From assembly GCA_041937175.2 (NCBI GenBank), contig CP166615.1, forward strand, positions 800,001 through 864,000: DNA of 64,000 nt, read 5' to 3'. Origin of the DNA: Limnothrix sp. BL-A-16. Lineage in GTDB: Bacteria; Cyanobacteriota; Cyanobacteriia; CACIAM-69d. Under the pieces are notes generated by a model. That model ran no database searches. It was not told the origin of the DNA and worked only from the letters and a program-made list of their open reading frames with translations. A program made the position numbers and the translations under genes. Below are positions 11,253 through 23,318 of the stretch, piece by piece; position 1 is the first letter of the stretch; every line of letters starts with the position of its first letter.

Positions 11253-11996
11253 TTACGGTGCGCTGTGAATCAGCAGGGCGGTGCTTTCTTTTTGGGTTGC
11301 CAAAATAGTGCCCTGCAAGCGAGCGTTCTCCAGGCGGGCATTTGCCACATTTGCCCCATGCAACTTGGCAAACCGCAAATCGGCATTGGTCAAGTTGGCC
11401 CCGGCCAAGTCAGCCCCTTCCAAGCTGGCGCGACTGAGGGAAGCGTTGTGTAAATTCGCATCCCGCAAATTAATTCCCGCCACATCCATCGGCACATCCA
11501 TATTGCCGTGGCTGGCCTGTTGCCACCGCAGCAACCCGGCCATGGTCTGGCGAGCATTGTTCAGGTTGGCCCCAGCTAACTGGGCCCCTTCCAAGTTGGC
11601 TCCCAACAGGTTGGCATCCTGGAGATTAGCCGATCGCAAATCTGCCAGAACCAATCCCACCAGGGTCAAATCCGCCTGTTGCAAATTGGCTTGGGCAAGC
11701 TTAGCCGCGTGCATTCGTGCCTCGATCGCGCTGGCTCGGCTCAAATTTGCGGCCGTCAGATCCGTGCGCCACAGTTTGGCTCCATTCAAATTCGCCCCTT
11801 GCAGGTTGGCCCCGGCCAGATCAAGATCAGACAGGTCAGCACCACTCAGGTCACAATTCGCGCAACTTTTGGTTTCCAGCAGTTGGCGCACATGGGCAGG
11901 GTTTTCCGCAACGCTCGGGAGCGCCGTCACTGCCAATGTGCTGGCGAAGAATGCAACGCCCGCCACTACTTTCGTCAACACTTGAACTGAATTCAT
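11253..11996 (-). CDS. Pentapeptide-repeat protein with signal peptide
   Basis: Signal peptide, ENPAHVRQLLETKSCANCDL, many A(N/D)LxX repeats. Confidence 0.9.
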   Translation of the reverse strand: MNSVQVLTKVVAGVAFFASTLAVTALPSVAENPAHVRQLLETKSCANCDLSGADLSDLDLAGANLQGANLNGAKLWRTDLTAANLSRASAIEARMHAAKLAQANLQQADLTLVGLVLADLRSANLQDANLLGANLEGAQLAGANLNNARQTMAGLLRWQQASHGNMDVPMDVAGINLRDANLHNASLSRASLEGADLAGANLTNADLRFAKLHGANVANARLENARLQGTILATQKESTALLIHSAP

Positions 11997-12846
11997 TGCG
12001 CCTTCCCCTCGTTCAACCTGCCTCTAATATCTAGGATAAATTGGGTGGGGGCGGTGACCGCTTGCTGTTGCGGAATGCGATCGTTACGCTTTAATACGCC
12101 GGCCGCCATTACAGAGCAATGGTGATCTCGATCGCACATCCCATCAAATACCCTTGGTTTCCATTGACTCGCGAAATTGTGCGGCAAAAAATCGCGATGT
12201 GACAGTTTCTGAACCAGATAAATCAACGGTTCCAGGTTTTAGTTCGGAAATCCGTCCCCACAACCGAAAATTGATTCAGCAGTCGATCGCGCCGATCATC
12301 ACCGCCTCGCTCGATCAAGGCAACTCAACGCTTACGGGGATCGATTTTGTTAGGATCTGCTGAGAAAAATGATTCCTCTCCAGTAAGAACCCTATTGATT
12401 TATCCTGCATTTCAAATTCAGATTTACAGAATGTAAAGAATCGATTGTTATTTTCACGCAACTATGATCGATTGGGTTAAACGTTGCTGCTGACTTTCAA
12501 CTATTGATCTGAGTATCGATTTAAGTATCGATTTGAGTATTGATGACGATCGCGGATCAAGTGCCGACTTAGCGATCGACCCAATATCCACCCGATATTC
12601 ACATCCCAGCGATCGGGCCTGGGTCAAAGTATCGCTTGAAGGTCAATGCTTGAAGGTCAATTGGAATATTGGCTAGAGTCTGAATTTGAGAAACATCAAG
12701 TTTCGATGAAGATTCTTGACAGTTGCGCAAAATAGCCGGCCACCTCGACCGATTGTTCTTCGACCCACGGTTCTGTTGCGGTCTGCCCCAAGGGCGGTAG
12801 GCTAAATGCGGGCGATCGCCCCTAGCGTCTTCCTGGCGACTGAACC

Positions 12847-13869
12847 GTGACTAAGCTGATTATTCAGATTCCCTGCTTCAACGAAGAAGAAACCCTGGGC
12901 ATTACGCTCCAGGCCTTGCCCCGCACCGTGCCCGGCTGCGATGTGGTGGAGTGGTTGGTGATTGATGATGGCAGCGTCGATCGCACCGCTGAGGTGGCTT
13001 TGGCCCATGGGGTAGACCACGTTGTGCGACTGTCCACCAATCAGGGACTGGCAAAGGCGTTCATGGCCGGTTTGGATGCTTGCTTAAAGGCCGGGGCAGA
13101 CATCATCGTGAATACCGACGCGGACAATCAATATTGTGCCGATGACATTCCGGCGCTGGTGTTTCCAATCCTGGCCCATCAAGCAGAGATGGTGATTGGG
13201 GCCCGCCCGATCGCGGAAATTGAGCATTTCTCGCCCGTCAAGAAGGCCCTGCAACAATTTGGCAGTTGGGTGGTGCGCTTGGCCAGTGACACGGACATTC
13301 CCGATGCGCCCAGCGGGTTTCGGGCCCTGAGTCGGGAGGCGGCCCTGCGGGTCAATGTATTCAATGGCTATACCTACACTCTGGAAACCATCATCCAAGC
13401 GGGTCAACAGGGAATCGCAATTGTTTCCGTGCCGATTCGCACCAATGGCTACCTGCGCCCCTCGCGCCTGGTCAAGAGCATCCGCAGCTACATCCAGCGA
13501 TCGATCTTCACGATTCTGCGGATTTTCATGACCTACAAACCCCTGCGATCGTTTCTGATTCTGGGGACAGTTCCTTTCTCGATCGGGGTCTTGTTGGGAA
13601 TTCGCTGGCTGCTGCTTTACTTCGGCGGCTCACCCCGGGCCCACGTGCCTAGTTTGATCCTGGCCGCGATCGGGATCTTGGTGGGGGTGCAGCTCTGGAT
13701 TTTGGGATTAGTGGCGGATTTGCTGGCCGTGAACCGCAAAATGCTCGAAGACATCCAACTGCGGGCCCGCCGGGCAGAAATTGAAGCCGCCCGCCAAGGA
13801 AGCGATCCCTCGGTCAGCGGCCCCCTGGCTTCGCTATATCCCATGCATGAAAACCGTTCCAGCCGCTAA
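12847..13869 (+). CDS. Glycosyltransferase family 2 (DPM/DPG-synthase-like) with two C-terminal TM helices
   Basis: IQIPCFNEE, VIDDGSVD, NTDADNQY, DAPSGFRALS. Confidence 0.9.
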   Translation: MTKLIIQIPCFNEEETLGITLQALPRTVPGCDVVEWLVIDDGSVDRTAEVALAHGVDHVVRLSTNQGLAKAFMAGLDACLKAGADIIVNTDADNQYCADDIPALVFPILAHQAEMVIGARPIAEIEHFSPVKKALQQFGSWVVRLASDTDIPDAPSGFRALSREAALRVNVFNGYTYTLETIIQAGQQGIAIVSVPIRTNGYLRPSRLVKSIRSYIQRSIFTILRIFMTYKPLRSFLILGTVPFSIGVLLGIRWLLLYFGGSPRAHVPSLILAAIGILVGVQLWILGLVADLLAVNRKMLEDIQLRARRAEIEAARQGSDPSVSGPLASLYPMHENRSSR

Positions 13870-13950
13870 AGTGACCTTGCATCACGTCGCATCATGTCAA
13901 AGTTTGATCAACTGGCGGATCAATTTTGCGCAATGATTTGCAACGATTAG

Positions 13951-13979
13951 TTGACGAGCTTCAAAAAGTCTGCTAGATT
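13951..13979 (+). promoter_or_regulatory. Sigma70-type promoter of tRNA-Lys
   Basis: TTGACG-N17-TAGATT about 95 nt upstream of the tRNA. Confidence 0.55.
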
Positions 13980-14074
13980 AATCACCCGTGTTCGGAATTT
14001 CACTGCAACACCCAACCAGCCCGGTTTTTCTTGCAGTTCCCAACACTGCCTCATAGCCCCCAACAAGGCGATGA

Positions 14075-14146
14075 GGGTCGCTAACTCAACGGTAGAGTAC
14101 TCGGCTTTTAACCGATTAGTTCTGGGTTCGAATCCCAGGCGACCCA
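14075..14146 (+). tRNA. trnK: tRNA-Lys(UUU)
   Basis: GGGTCGC acceptor stem pairs with GCGACCC-A; anticodon loop CTTTTAA; T-loop GGTTCGAATCC; CCA not encoded. Confidence 0.97.
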
Positions 14147-14574
14147 TTTTTTAGAATCCGCAGTTTTCAGAAATAGTCTTCAGAGATAGTCTTCAGATCC
14201 TGTCTTTTGGATCCTGCTCTGGATTGAACTGACTGGATCTCCCCACACTCTGCTGTGCCTGCGCAACACCCCAAGGGCTGGTTTTGGGCGATCGAGTCGA
14301 TCGGGAGATCAAGTCACTTTCCAAAACTCCCTGCCACTCAGGATTTTCCATGGGTCAAAATCGCCCAAATCCTTTCGAGATCAGGTTTCTAGGTTTGGTC
14401 GATCGGGCGATTGGTCAATTCAAGATCTCCAAAACCGCCAAATCGCCGAAATTTTAATTCTTACTTCCAGAAAAACAGAGGGGCTGGCAACAATTGTTTT
14501 AAGATTAGTGCCAAGCACTCGACCGGCCGAGAGTTATCGAGGCATCGATATAAATCTATCTTAGGAGGATTCCT

Positions 14575-15648
14575 ATGGCGCTCGTACCCATGCGGCTTCT
14601 GCTCGACCACGCGGCAGAAAATGGCTACGGCATTCCTGCCTTCAACGTCAACAACATGGAGCAGATCCAAGCGATCATGCGGGCAGCCGATGAAACCGAT
14701 AGCCCCGTGATCCTGCAAGCGTCGCGTGGTGCTCGTAACTACGCTGGCGAAAACTTCCTGCGTCACCTGATCTTGGCAGCGGTGGAAACCTATCCCCACA
14801 TCCCCATCAGCATGCACCAAGACCACGGTAACGAGCCGGCCACCTGCTACTCGGCCATCAAAAACGGCTTCACCAGCGTGATGATGGATGGCTCGCTGGA
14901 AGCTGATGCGAAGACCCCCGCGAGCTACGAGTACAACGTGAACGTGACCCGCGAAGTGGTGAAAGTTGCCCACTCGCTGGGTGTGAGCGTGGAAGGCGAA
15001 CTGGGTTGCTTGGGTTCGCTGGAAACCGGCATGGGCGAAGCAGAAGATGGTCACGGCTTTGAAGGCAAGCTGGATCACTCCCAACTGCTGACCGACCCCG
15101 ATGAAGCAGCCGACTTCGTGGAAAAAACCCAAGTCGATGCTCTGGCAGTGGCGATCGGGACGAGCCACGGTGCTTACAAGTTCACCCGTAAGCCGACCGG
15201 CGAAATTCTGGCCATCAGCCGCATTGAAGAAATCCACAACCGTCTCCCCAACACTCACTTGGTGATGCATGGTTCGTCGTCGGTTCCCGAAGATCTGCTG
15301 GCGCTGATCAACCAATACGGCGGCACGATCCCCGAAACCTACGGCGTGCCCGTGGAAGAAATCCAAAAGGGTATCAAGTGCGGCGTGCGGAAGGTGAACA
15401 TCGACACCGACAACCGCTTGGCGATCACCGCTGCGGTGCGCGAAGCGCTGGCTGCTAACACCAAGGAATTTGACCCCCGTCACTTCCTGAAGCCGTCGAT
15501 CAAGTACATGCAAAAGGTGTGTGCCGATCGCTATAGCGAGTTCTGGACCGCTGGCAACGCTAGCAAGATCAAGCAAGTCTCGGTGGATGAGTTTGCTCGC
15601 AAGTATGCCAAGGGCGAATTGGTGGCTAAGGCTGCTGCTAAGGTCTAA
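14575..15648 (+). CDS. fbaA: Fructose-bisphosphate aldolase class II
   Basis: [45 protein letters not shown]. Confidence 0.97.
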   Translation: MALVPMRLLLDHAAENGYGIPAFNVNNMEQIQAIMRAADETDSPVILQASRGARNYAGENFLRHLILAAVETYPHIPISMHQDHGNEPATCYSAIKNGFTSVMMDGSLEADAKTPASYEYNVNVTREVVKVAHSLGVSVEGELGCLGSLETGMGEAEDGHGFEGKLDHSQLLTDPDEAADFVEKTQVDALAVAIGTSHGAYKFTRKPTGEILAISRIEEIHNRLPNTHLVMHGSSSVPEDLLALINQYGGTIPETYGVPVEEIQKGIKCGVRKVNIDTDNRLAITAAVREALAANTKEFDPRHFLKPSIKYMQKVCADRYSEFWTAGNASKIKQVSVDEFARKYAKGELVAKAAAKV

Positions 15649-15772
15649 AAAGTTCGATCGGGAAGTTGGGTGATGGATGATTCAAAATGAATCGGGCGAT
15701 CGCCCAACTCTGTCCCCGATTGAGCACTGATTAATCACTGGTTAATCACTAAATGTTTGACCCAAAAATGAT

Positions 15773-15810
15773 AATAGCGGTGAAGCCAAGTGCCTCGCCG
15801 CTATTTTTTG
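15773..15810 (+). terminator. Rho-independent terminator between fbaA and panD
   Basis: AATAGCGGTG...CGCCGCTATT followed by a T-run. Confidence 0.6.
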
Positions 15811-15898
15811 CGTTTAGTTTTTTTGCTGCTGAGTTCGTTGTTTTTGGGGTCGCTGTTTTTGGGTCGATTGTTGATGCTAACTAGCGGCAGCAACCCGC

Positions 15899-16294
15899 TT
15901 AATGAACCGGGACAACCCAATCGCCGTGGCTTGTTAGGTTGCCCCCTTGGATCTGGTATTGCATGGTGTCAGCAATGGCGTTGTTTTCATCACAAAAAAC
16001 AACGGGAGCTGTGAAGGGTCGATCGCTCAAGCGATAGGCGATCGCTAAACATTTGTCGCCCACTTCTCCCAACCGTGCAGAACCACCATTGAGCGTAAAT
16101 TCGCCCGGCCCGGCGGGAATGGCGTAGGTGACCCAACGTTCACCATTGCGCAGGTTAACCAAATGCACTTGCTCATAGGCTTCAATGCCAGCACGCTCCA
16201 TCAACGCCGCATCAATGCCGACGCTGCCGTTGTAATCCACACTTTTGTCGGTGACGCGGATACCGTGAATTTTCCCGGAAACAAAGGTCTTCAT
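15899..16294 (-). CDS. panD: Aspartate 1-decarboxylase (pyruvoyl)
   Basis: KIH, Y.G-S self-cleavage site (YNGSVGID), NGERWVTYAI, LNGGSAR. Confidence 0.85.
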   Translation of the reverse strand: MKTFVSGKIHGIRVTDKSVDYNGSVGIDAALMERAGIEAYEQVHLVNLRNGERWVTYAIPAGPGEFTLNGGSARLGEVGDKCLAIAYRLSDRPFTAPVVFCDENNAIADTMQYQIQGGNLTSHGDWVVPVH

Positions 16295-16390
16295 CAAAGA
16301 AGCGATAAGAGAAGGATTGCCGATGATTATTTCAGAGTCTTTCCTGTTTCAGGGCCTTTTAGGTAACAGGTTCTGAGGAGTCGATCGGGG

Positions 16391-17476
16391 CTAGACCAAA
16401 ATGGGTTCGTTGATTGGCTCGTTTGGTTGTTCCAATTCTGGGCCGATCGCGCCGAATTCGGCTTCGTGGCGTTCAATTTGGGCAATGGTGCGATCGATTA
16501 GGGCCACCCCTTCGGCGGCCGTTTCAATCCGGCAGAGTTGGCCGCGCAATTCCGCCGCCCCATAGAACCCCTTGGCATACCAGGTCATGTGCTTCCGGGC
16601 TTGGCGAACACCCCGATCGCCCTTGTAAGCCGCCAACATGGTCAGGTGTTCTTGGGCACAACGCAACCGCTCGATCGGGCTGGGCTGGGGGCGCAACTCG
16701 CCGGTTTTCAAGAAATGATCAATTTCGCCCACCAAAAACGGATAGCCCATGGTGCCCCGCGAGCACATCACCCCATCCGCGCCGGTTTCCGCCAAACACC
16801 GCACCGCAGCCTCCACGGAGAAAATATCCCCGTTGGCAATGACCGGCACGGAAACCGCTTCCTTCACCCGTTGGATCCAAATCCATTTGGCGGGGCCGTT
16901 ATAGCCCTGGGCCCTGGTGCGACCGTGAACGGTCAGCATGGCTGCGCCGGCCGCTTCCATCCGCCGGGCAAAATCCACGATGTTAATTTCGCTTTCGTTC
17001 CAGCCAATCCGTGATTTCACGGTCACCGGCACGTTCACCGCCGCCACCACGGCCCGCACGATCGCCTCGGCCGTTTCGGGATCGCGCAACAGGGAGGAAC
17101 CGCCACCATTCTTGGTGATTTTGTTCACCGGGCAGCCCATGTTGATGTCCACGGTGTCAGCCCCTTCTTCAACGGCCATTTGGGCCGCCTCAGCCAAAAA
17201 TTGCGGGCGACAGTCAAACAGTTGAATGCTGATGGGGCGCTCTTCGGCGGAAACCTCCATGATTTGCGGAAGTTGCCGCGCGTAGTGCAACCCGGTGGCG
17301 TTCACCATTTCGGTGTACATCATCGAGGCGGGTGCATAGCGCCGCACCAAACGCCGAAAGACCAAATCCGTGACACCGGACAGGGGCGCTTGCAACACAC
17401 GGCTCTGAAGGGTGACGGAGCCAATTTGCAGCGGTGCGGCCAAACGGGTTTTGAGTTCAGGGGATAGGGTCAACAT
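16391..17476 (-). CDS. dusB: tRNA-dihydrouridine synthase B
   Basis: QAPLSGVTD, DINMGCP, TVKSRIGW, VHGRTR, IANGDI. Confidence 0.93.
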   Translation of the reverse strand: MLTLSPELKTRLAAPLQIGSVTLQSRVLQAPLSGVTDLVFRRLVRRYAPASMMYTEMVNATGLHYARQLPQIMEVSAEERPISIQLFDCRPQFLAEAAQMAVEEGADTVDINMGCPVNKITKNGGGSSLLRDPETAEAIVRAVVAAVNVPVTVKSRIGWNESEINIVDFARRMEAAGAAMLTVHGRTRAQGYNGPAKWIWIQRVKEAVSVPVIANGDIFSVEAAVRCLAETGADGVMCSRGTMGYPFLVGEIDHFLKTGELRPQPSPIERLRCAQEHLTMLAAYKGDRGVRQARKHMTWYAKGFYGAAELRGQLCRIETAAEGVALIDRTIAQIERHEAEFGAIGPELEQPNEPINEPILV

Positions 17477-17633
17477 GGGCGATCGAAAGGGGCGATCGAG
17501 GCATTGGCCGCCGGCTGAAGCCATGGGCCATGCGATCGGGACAGGAAACCGTAACTCAGGGATGGGGAATTTCCCCTAAAAGTTGGCTTTTGAATATCGC
17601 CTAAGAAATATTGCCTAAGAAATATTGCCTCAA

Positions 17634-17908
17634 GAGGATGTCTGGAAAGTGCTTTTTGACAGGGGCCAAGCATCAACAGTTGTGGGGGCAAGGGGCTGAG
17701 GGCCTGTCGTCGAATTGCCTGAAACCCTGATTCCACCGTTGGCAGATCGTGGGGGACAAGGGGCTTAAGCCCCTTGTTACGACGATTGGGGCATGGAAAA
17801 TCAACCGTTGTTGTCTGATCTCAGGAAATGACGACAGGCCCCAAGTCCCTTGTTGACGTTGATTGATCAGGCCCGCAAGGTGGCAATTTCGACTTTTCAG
17901 ACATTCCC
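17634..17908. mobile_element. MITE family A copy interrupted by a family B MITE
   Basis: Ends GAGGATGTCTGGAAAG / CTTTTCAGACATTCCC, flanked by CAA/TAA. Removing the 142-bp insert and 2 bp leaves 131 bp, matching the 132-bp copy at 2305. Confidence 0.65.
17700..17841. mobile_element. MITE family B (142 bp), nested
   Basis: Perfect 12-bp TIR GGGCCTGTCGTC / GACGACAGGCCC; internal CAAGGGGCTTAAGCCCCTTG; homologous to 19539-19681 and 32891-33032. Confidence 0.75.
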
Positions 17909-18017
17909 TAAGAATCTTGGTTTAAATCTTTCTTTAAGAATACATGGGAATTTGATCGCCCTTTCTGGAAATCGAGCGGCGGCGACAGGGCCTTAGGTTG
18001 GCACTGCCGCCGAGGGT

Positions 18018-18710
18018 TCAGCGCTTCGTGGGGATCCCAGCGGGCGGCAGCTCTCCGCTGATGACGGTCGATCGCTCAAAGAGCAATTGTCGAGCGCGGG
18101 CGGCTCCCAATTCCCCATAAACCCGCAAGGTGTAGGAACCGGGCGGCAAGGGGCCGATCGTGCCGGTAATTTGGTAATCGCATAGACAGCGACAAGATTC
18201 GCCCTCGTTGCGTTCCACGACGGTGATGATCGATTGGCTGCCTTCGCGATCGATGGAGCGATCGAGCACAAAAGCCGCACAGCAGGTGTAGGTCAAAGCA
18301 TGGCCAAAGACCAGCGTTCTGCCTTCGGTGCTGATGGCGATGTTGCTGACCAATTCTCGCCCCAAGGCCAAGGGGGAACGGGTCAACCCCTCGGATGCCC
18401 CACTTTTGCAGGTTAGAGCCCGAGCCGCCGCCCAAAGAGGCGCAACCGCAGGCGATATCGAGGCATCTTCGCAACCGGAAACCGAATAGTCAAACTTCAG
18501 CTCACGATCCAAGCCGGGCGCAGTTACCCGGGGCGTAGGCTGAGGTTGCCCAACCCTGTCGATCGCCCCCGGGAGCGCCTGGGCCACTGTCGATCGCCCT
18601 TGATCGATCGCCAGCATGGCCAAGTACCCCAGCACCACAGCCCAGCGCAGGGGCAATCGGGAGGGCGATCGCTGGCCCGATTGGTTACGCGATCGATGAA
18701 TTTGTTGCAT
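18018..18710 (-). CDS. Hypothetical exported Cys-rich protein
   Basis: Hydrophobic segment WAVVLGYLAMLAI; C-terminal YTCCA...ESCRCLCDYQITGTIGPLPPGSYTLRVY. Start uncertain. Confidence 0.6.
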   Translation of the reverse strand: MQQIHRSRNQSGQRSPSRLPLRWAVVLGYLAMLAIDQGRSTVAQALPGAIDRVGQPQPTPRVTAPGLDRELKFDYSVSGCEDASISPAVAPLWAAARALTCKSGASEGLTRSPLALGRELVSNIAISTEGRTLVFGHALTYTCCAAFVLDRSIDREGSQSIITVVERNEGESCRCLCDYQITGTIGPLPPGSYTLRVYGELGAARARQLLFERSTVISGELPPAGIPTKR

Positions 18711-19004
18711 TTCCCCAATCCTCCCTTGCGCCTCGTGCAATTTACCAGTTCCCGATCGCCCCAATGCCCTACCTATTCATAACCACCCGTCAGTATTCCG
18801 TCATGGTGGTTAATAGACTGCGCTCGATCGCCCCAGGGTTTCCGAAGATCACGAGCACCCCCGAGCCGGAGTCATCCATCAACACAATTGCCACCGCGGC
18901 CTGAACCGGCGCATCGTGCGGGTTGATGAATTGACCGTTGGCTGACCTGGGCGATCGGGACGCTGAGATCAATTATTAACGATTGTTAAGAATTAATTGG
19001 GTGC

Positions 19005-19033
19005 TTGACACTTCTAGAGGAGTTCGCTAATTT
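19005..19033 (+). promoter_or_regulatory. Sigma70-type promoter of tRNA-Glu
   Basis: TTGACA-N17-TAATTT. Confidence 0.6.
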
Positions 19034-19156
19034 AGATATCGCGAAAGGCGCGGACGGCGAGCAAAACGCGAGCGAAACGCCCACAGCAAAAGAACTCAAG
19101 CGATGGTAAAGTAAGTTTACCGAGTCTGAGCGCTCTAAGCGAAAGCTTAATGATAC

Positions 19157-19229
19157 GCCCCCATCGTCTAGAGGCCTAGGACACCTCCCTTTCACGGAGG
19201 CGACGGGGATTCGAATTCCCCTGGGGGTA
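19157..19229 (+). tRNA. trnE: tRNA-Glu(UUC)
   Basis: GCCCCCATCGTCTAGAGGCCTAGGACACCTCCCTTTCACGGAGGCGACGGGGATTCGAATTCCCCTGGGGGTA folds as a cloverleaf; anticodon TTC. Confidence 0.97.
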
Positions 19230-19289
19230 TCAAAAAATAAAGTCTGCTAACGATCTGATTAATCCCAGAAGTTAGAGGATCTATAAAAT

Positions 19290-19328
19290 CGAGAGCTGAT
19301 CGTAATTACGATCAGCTCTCGGTTTGTT
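19290..19328 (+). terminator. Perfect 32-bp palindrome, likely terminator after tRNA-Glu
   Basis: CGAGAGCTGATCGTAATTACGATCAGCTCTCG followed by GTTTGTT. Confidence 0.65.
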
Positions 19329-19419
19329 TAAGGAGTTAGAGTCAGGCACTGGAGCGATCGACAGCGGCGATCTGGGTGTGGGTGCAGAAGCAGTGCAAAA
19401 CCGCTCGATCGCCCGCCAT

Positions 19420-19537
19420 GCCCCGGTTCCACCGTTGGCGGCCCGTGGGGGACAAGATGCTCAGGCCCCTTGTCTGGGGCGGTTGGGGCATGAAAATAGC
19501 TGTTTCAGGGTGATCTGAGGAAATGGCGATCGGCCCC
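19420..19537. mobile_element. Degenerate MITE family B copy abutting the next copy in inverted orientation
   Basis: TTCCACCGTTGGC..CGTGGGGGACAAG...TTGGGGCATG.AAA...GATCT.AGGAAATG matches the 17700 copy. Confidence 0.55.
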
Positions 19538-19538
19538 A

Positions 19539-19681
19539 GGGCTTGTCGTCATTATTTCGAGGTGATGCTGAAACAGTTGATCTTCCATGCCCTAGTCGTC
19601 GCAACAAGATGCTCAAGCCCCTTGTCCCCCACGATCCGCTAACAGCAGATCTAGGGTTTCGTGCTCAACGACGACAGGCCC
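19539..19681. mobile_element. MITE family B
   Basis: GGGCTTGTCGTC / GACGACAGGCCC, flanked by CA/TA; nearly identical to 32891-33032. Confidence 0.75.
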
Positions 19682-19689
19682 TAATGCCC

Positions 19690-20130
19690 TTACAGAGCCG
19701 TGCCGAGTTGTCGCTCCAGTTTCCGAATTAGGCCCGCGCGACTGACCACGGTGGCCCTTTGCCGATCGACCCGCACAAACACCCGTCCCGAAAACCACCT
19801 GCGCCAGGATGCGCGTTCATACACCTGGATATCAGTGCGATCGCCCAACACCGTTGTGGGATCCACCGTCGCAAATTCCCAGCTCGTGAGCAGTTGCTCC
19901 AGTTGCGCTTGCAGATCATTGCCCGATCGCACCGTCAGCTCCAGCGAAGCCGTGCGGTTGAAATAAGCCCCCAACAGCCCCAACACCAGCCCGATCGGCA
20001 AGGCCGTCTCGATCGCCTCCAGGCCCAACCGCCCACCAAACAGCAACGGCGCACTCGAGAAAGTGGCCACCACTGTCGCCATCACGGTGTAGTAGACAAA
20101 TGTGAACAAAAATCCTGGCCCCTGTGGCAT
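19690..20130 (-). CDS. Hypothetical membrane protein (2 TM)
   Basis: MPQGPGFLFTFVYY...LPIGLVLGLLGAYFNRT. The track's longer N-terminal extension overlaps the TPP riboswitch and is unlikely. Confidence 0.7.
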   Translation of the reverse strand: MPQGPGFLFTFVYYTVMATVVATFSSAPLLFGGRLGLEAIETALPIGLVLGLLGAYFNRTASLELTVRSGNDLQAQLEQLLTSWEFATVDPTTVLGDRTDIQVYERASWRRWFSGRVFVRVDRQRATVVSRAGLIRKLERQLGTAL

Positions 20131-20332
20131 GGTCTGGCGACTCCGTACAACGTTTCCAACACAATTTCCCACCCAATTTAGACGCGATCGCCCGCCAATC
20201 AAACCCCGATCGCGATTCGGCGGCTTTCCCCAATTGATCCTTTCCCCGGTCGATCCCCGCCCGGTTTTCCAGCCAATGGCAGCCAAAGCAAAATGGTAGG
20301 ATGAAACCTCAGCGCCAGCTCCATCACTGGCC

Positions 20333-21827
<1,495 letters not shown>

Positions 21828-21910
21828 GGGTCAATCACTGGACTGATGGGTGGTTCGATCGAACCTTACGGGGCGATCGAACCGCCTAACTCGCAAGGGG
21901 TGGGATTTTC

Positions 21911-23318
21911 CTACCCCAGTTGATAGCACTTTTGATCCAGCCATATTGTCTGTTCTTGTAGTTGAGCGATCGACTCCGGCAACTCCCTCAGTTGGTTGTC
22001 TTGGAGATCAAGACTTGTCAGATTTTTCAGTTGAAGGATGACTGCTGGTAGCTCAGTTAGTTGGTTGCCACTGAGGTAAAGCTTGGTCAAATTTTGCAGT
22101 TGCCCAAGCTCTGCTGGTAGCTCAGTTAGTTGGTTGCCATCAAGGTGAAGCTCAGTCAGATTTTGCAGTTGTCCAAGCTCTGCCGGTAGCTCAGTTAGTT
22201 GGTTGCCATCAAGGTGAAGCTCAGTCAGATTTTGCAGTTGTCCAAGCTCTGCTGGTAGCTTGCTTAGTTGGTTTCTATCGAGGTCAAGCTTGGTCAGATT
22301 TTGCAGTTGACCGATCGCTGCCGGTAGCTCCCTCAGCGGGTTATAGCTGAGGTCAAGTTTAGTCAGATTTTGCAGTCGTGTGATTGCCGCTGGTAGCTCC
22401 CTCAGTTGATTGAAGTTGAGAAACAGCGCGATCAAGTTTTCCAATTGCCCAAACTCCGCCGGTAGCTTGCTCAGTTGGTTGTAGCCGAGACACAGCTCTT
22501 TCAAATTTTCCAGTTGCCCAAACTCCACCGGTAGCTCGCTCAGTTGGTTGCCACTGAGGTAAAGCTCGCTCAGATTTTGCAGTTGCCCAAACTCCGCCGG
22601 TAGCTTACTCAGTCGGTTTCTATCGAGGTCAAGCTTGGTCAGATTTCGCAGTTGCCCAAACTCCGCCGGTAGCTTGCTCAGTTGGTTGTTCGAGAGGTCA
22701 AGCTTGGTCAGATTTCGCAATTGCCCAAACTCCGCCGGTAGCTTGCTCAGTCGGTTGTAGCGGAGGTCAAGCTTGGTCAGATTTCGCAGTTGCCCAAACT
22801 CCGCCGGTAACTTACTCAGTCGGTTGTAGCTGAGAGACAGCTCTTCCAAATTTCGCAGTTGCCCAAACTCAGTCGGTAGCTCGCTCAGTTGGCTGTAGCT
22901 GAGCAACAGCTCGATCAAATTTTCCAGTTGCCCAAACTCTGCCGGTAGCTCGCTCAGGTGGCGGTTGCTGCTGAGAAACAGCTCTTCCAAATTTCGCAAT
23001 TGCCCAAACTCTGCTGGTAACTTTCTCAGTTGGTTGGAAGCGAGATTAAGCAGTCTCAGATTTTGTAGTTGGCCAATTTCTGCTGGTAGCTCTCCTAATT
23101 GGTTGTCGCTGAGCACCAGCTCGATCAGATTTCTCAGTTGACCAATTTCTGCTGGTAGCTCTCTCAAAGACCACCCGACGTGTAGCTCAGTCAGATTTTG
23201 CAGTTGACCAATTTCTGCTGGTAATTGCTCTAGGCGGCCCCCGCCCCCAAATAGCCAACTGTGTCTGGCCCTTCGCTTTGGCACGCTCCAGTAGCGCCAA
23301 CAACTTCGCCCGTTCCAT
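21911..23318 (-). pseudogene. LRR protein (18 x 23-aa repeats) with a 2-bp deletion near codon 28; possibly expressed from GTG 23323, or an assembly error
   Basis: Homologous ATG at 23318 (MERAKLLALLERAKA) is out of frame with the LRRs. CCG GCC CTA in the paralog at 25110 reads CCG C CTA here. Confidence 0.7.

Noticed and set aside
14461..15576. 371-aa minus-strand ORF
   Set aside because: Antisense shadow of fbaA.
17593..17633. Short tandem repeats (AATATTGCCTAAGA x3; also TGGTCACAA x3 near 6360)
   Set aside because: Two to three copy micro-duplications are common in this window's intergenic DNA, with no evidence of function.
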